Source: Camelus dromedarius (taxonomy: Eukaryota). Taken from it: 64,000 nucleotides of DNA. The position numbers were made by a program, and so were the translations under genes. Positions 59,951 through 64,000 of this stretch are shown piece by piece. Where the stretch lies: contig NC_087437.1 of assembly GCF_036321535.1 (NCBI RefSeq), positions 34,660,001-34,724,000 on the forward strand, given 5' to 3'. The notes below the pieces were generated by a model that was not told the origin of the DNA, did not search any database, and saw only the letters and a program-made list of their open reading frames with translations. Within the stretch, counting starts at the first letter, position 1. Every line of letters starts with the position of its first letter.

Positions 59951-62900
59951 GTGCCCCTGTTGGTCAGAAATTTGATCAAAATTTGGGAGGCATTTCATGA
60001 CCAGTTTGTCCCATTCCACTAGGAATGCTTATACCTAGGTCAGGAGAGGGTCTCGGTGATAGTCCATTCATTTGCTGTATCTGGAATAAGCCCTGTTAAT
60101 ACCCTAAAGTTCTCTGCATCATCTGTCTTACTAGTCTATTATGATTCAGGGAAATTTTGCTTCTTCCCATCTCTAGATTTTATATAGAGCTATATATGTG
60201 ATCAATTGCCTCAAGACATTTAGCCATCACTAATTTTGTAGGAGGTCTGGTTACACACTGAGAAATGCAAGAGAGCAATCTTATAGACAGGACATAAGTA
60301 ATATAGCTAGTAACGTGATTAAGGTCATAGTACAGCAGAAAGAGACACAAAGCCTAAGTAGTTTGAAAACAACAAAGAGAGAACAAATTAAAACAATGAT
60401 TAGCATAACTAGTTGCAATCAGGATCTTGATAAACCTTCCAATCCAAAGGGGAGCCAGCTGGAGAAGCCAAATTCTGGTGGGATCAAGTAGAGAGAAAAA
60501 AATAAATGTTCCATCTTCATTTACAAAGGTATACTTTATCAGCTTGCTGTAGGTCATAGCTAGCATAAGAGAAGAGGTTTTCTGGAAAACAAAGATTAAA
60601 AGTGAGTAATATTTCAGACAAAATTCATAAAATTATAAATCATATTTATGTTTATTCAGTCCCAGGTAATTAATCCTTATTGATCTGAATGAAGTCAGTA
60701 GGTTTTCCATTAGAGTTTTGTAATTTCTTAATCAATTCAGCGGTGTGATCTAAAAGTCATCAGAAACATATTTGTCAAAAAGTCCTTTTTATAAATCTTC
60801 CTGAAGGCCTTTATTTTGTAAAAGCATCAGAGAAAACAGTGATAGTCTGTATATGACAAAAGACTTAAAATGGCGTAAAGATCTGATTACAGTGCAATTG
60901 ACAAAGAAATCTATTTATTTCTATGATATATAACATTTTAAGATAATAATAGAGCTATGACAGGTAACATACCAGGACACACAGGGCATACTAGATTTTT
61001 AGGAACTCCATATAATTTCTAGAATATCTATATTAGTGACATTTACCCATACACTATAACTTAAGAAGATCTATCACCAAATATCACTTATTTGACAATG
61101 TTTCCCATGTAATTTAACATACCAAATAAAACTAATCAGTTTACTATCTCTCTTTGGGAGGTTTCGGGACCCTCTGAAGCATCTCAAATTAACGAGAGGT
61201 CAAAAGAACTTCATTCTGAATTTGACTTTGTGGAGGTTTGTCAAAGACAGCAAAAGGTTTTAAAACACTTGGTCAAATAGGATCACAGGTCACTGTGAGA
61301 CAATATTTATTTACCTACCCAAAGTAACAATAAAAGATATTCAACAGATACAGAAAGTTCAACAGGTCACTTAAAAGGTAGAGAAAAAATTTGTTTTTTT
61401 GATACTCAAAAACAGGTCAATATTCCGAGAAAACCAAATTCTACTTTTGTATCAGTAGTTTTAATATTAAAATTTATTTACTCAATTAAATTTTATTCTA
61501 CTCTTAGTCCTGACTGTGCACAAAACTCTTTTCTCAGGGTTATTGTCCCACAAACCTTATATAATTTCCTTTTTTACCTTCAGATTTTGCCCTATGCTTT
61601 CCCTTTCTTTTTTTATCTCTCCAGGACAAAACTACTTTCTTCTTCCTTAACAAAACACATTTCCATTCCTTATACCTTTTTGTTCTTCACATACAAAGCT
61701 GTTTTCTTTATTAATTTAGTAGTCTTAATTACATATATTAATTAGAATTCTTAACCTTTAAAAACCTTAATTTCTAGTGAAAACTAAGAAGTAAGCAATT
61801 ATGAGCTGTCTTACATTAGCATATTGTAGCTTGGTGAACTAGTAAATATTATTTATAATTTCTAAAAATGTGTTTTTATTAGAGAAATTTTCAGTGTGGC
61901 AACAATCATGTTGATTAATAGTCCTAAATATCTTTAGTTTCTCTGTAAATGGAAGTTTATGTTCCATAATTAATGTTTCAGTGTCTTATTTTATTTGGAA
62001 GTGATCTAGGTATTTAGTGAACTTTCATCGTTTAACTTAGCAAATCTTTAAAGTTTCAAGCTATCAAAACTTTGGAGAAACTGTTTTTAAGTAGGCATAC
62101 TATAAAATATAATTATCCTTAAAGAGTTCACATGAAAGTTATTACCCTATTTATATCTACTTAATTCATTTGTTCCCAACAATTATTTAGGTCACCCATG
62201 AAAATTTCATGAGACACTTGACCAAGTCAGCATTTATCCCAAGCTGTTTTTCTTGTTGATAAATTTTATAACAGAGTTAATATCACCTTATTTGACTTTT
62301 AGTAAACCTAGGTGCAATAAAAGACATGTCTGTATTAATTAAACCAAAAAATTTAAACTTTAAAACTGAATGTTAATTTAATATCGAATATTTCTCAGAT
62401 CATATGAACTCAAAATTCATTTGGGTTAGTTTCTATTACATTTAGAAATATATAATTTATAAGCACTTATTTTTAAGTCAGTTAAATAGAGCTCTTTTAC
62501 AAATTAATTTTGATAATACTATCTGGAGCTAGAGACATCTCTAATGGACATGCAAATACAGAAACAGACATAACCAGAGATCTCATAGCTTCATTTTAAT
62601 ACTTAGTCATGAATCAGATATTTTACTATAAAACTTACTGGTTTTTAAGTAACAGTTGGAATAAGTTAAATTTATTTTCTCAGATGACTAAGGCTTTTTA
62701 CTATTTGCAGAAGAGACTTTTAAGATTTGTATTTGTCCTTAAGGAGGCTGTGAATTAGATTTTGGATAAGGGAGCCTAATCAGCAGTTTGAGTTTAAAAA
62801 TGCCATTTCCTCCTTTTTTTTTTTTTTTTTTTTTTTGGTTTTAGGTTCTACTTGATTGAGCTAATTAGGCTCAGTCTCAGGTCCTGTGGGCTGCAGTTAC

Positions 62901-64000
62901 ACTTCTGATTGATAGAGATTTGCAAGATAAAGACAGTTACTTTTAATTCCCCAGAGAACTAGGTTGTCGCAGAAATGGTATCAAGAGATTGATTTGTCTA
63001 ACCACATTAAAAAAATTTGCTGCTTTATATCAGTGAGAAGATTTCCAATTAAACTGGAAATCAAAAGGTTTTTATGTTACAGAACTTTAGGGTTCAGTGT
63101 ATCATGCCTTTAAAAGTCTGTACAAGGCATTCAACAAAGGCCCTCTTTCTGAGTGCACAAGTCAAACAGACCAGTTTACCCTAGGGGTTAAAAAAAAAAA
63201 AAACCTCCATTATTGCTCTTATTATCTCCTGAATATTAGACTCTGATTTTTACTTCAACAGGTAACCCTGCTGGTTTTCTTTAATATGTTTAATTAATGT
63301 TGTCTGAGGGACAGATTTATATGCCCTGTCTTATAATACTAGGCAGGGGAAGCATTCCCAGCTGAGACATAATGTCCATCCCACAACATAATCAGGTAAA
63401 AGAGATGTAGCTATCTCACATAAAGTCCATTTAAAGACACTGTTTTAAAATAGACTTTTACCTCAAGTGTGTCAACTCTTGTATCTTTAGCATTCCTTAG
63501 GATCCCATCAACAAGTATTGGTCCTAGAAGGAGTCCCAGAAACTTTCCTTTTATTCCCGCCATTTTATCTATTTGTATAAAAGGCTTTGGGGTCCCCATT
63601 GAGCGGTTGAACCAAGGGACCCAGGCCCTTCGGTCAATCTTTACCTTGATTAATGGCCCCAAGCAGTTGCTTGTCAGGTATCTCAGTGTAGTTTTCTTTT
63701 AGCCTTTAAAAGTTTTTTGTTTTTTTTTAAGTAGGGTGAAAAAAAGTGGGTTGCTTGGGGCCTTTAATGTTGGGAGGACCAATAGGGGGTTCCTTTGACC
63801 CACCAAACCTTAGGTAGTATTGAATTAAAACCTTTGTGTTAATCCCATCAATGTCTGCCTTATTTATCCTGCTTTTTAATAACCATTTAAAGATTTCGTC
63901 TTGCTGGGGTGAGTCCCTTTAAAATTTTCACCTTGATGGGAAGCAGTTGCTTGACTTTTCCTCAGCTGCTTCCTATTCCCTTGTTAACCTAATTAACATT
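59951..64000 (-). mobile_element. Degenerate ERV internal region: env-TM remnant, AT-rich non-coding middle, protease and gag remnants; truncated by the window edge
   Basis: Manual minus-strand translation. 60478-~60300: FSSWLPFGLEGLSRS*LQLVMLIIVLICSLFVVFKLLRLCVSFCC (TM-like). ~63420-63340: SLLPDYVVG/MDIMSQLG (protease C-terminal motif, frameshifted). 63900-63781: DEIFKWLLKSRINKADIDGINTKVLIQYY (gag-like). Confidence 0.75.

Larger units (their letters stand above)
26622..64000 (+). other. PPM1L: PPM1L intron 1 (continues beyond the window)
   Basis: GT donor at 26622; no downstream PP2C-coding exon recognised in the window. Confidence 0.85.

Overview
Mammalian genomic DNA, very probably camelid (alpaca, llama or camel), judged from seven copies of a tRNA-Ala-like SINE resembling the camelid Vic-1 family. 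The only real gene is the 5' end of PPM1L (PP2C-epsilon) on the + strand: a CpG-island promoter (~24.6-27.6 kb), coding exon 1 (26223-26621, 133 codons, GT donor at 26622) and ~37 kb of intron 1. The rest is mostly interspersed repeats (L1, L2, MIR, MaLR/ERVL/ERV1 LTRs, hAT MITEs), a truncated 5S rRNA retrocopy, and an antisense degenerate provirus running off the right edge. I did not find a novel biological system that I can support with confidence. The best leads are a provirus pairing ERVL-type gag/protease motifs with an ERV1/MER4-like 3' half, a multi-hairpin element at ~50.1 kb, a CpG-enriched MIR, the unusual PPM1L start-codon context, and several clear retrotransposition footprints. 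Repeat family names come from recalled consensus resemblance, not database searches. Repeat boundaries without target-site duplications (TSDs) are approximate.
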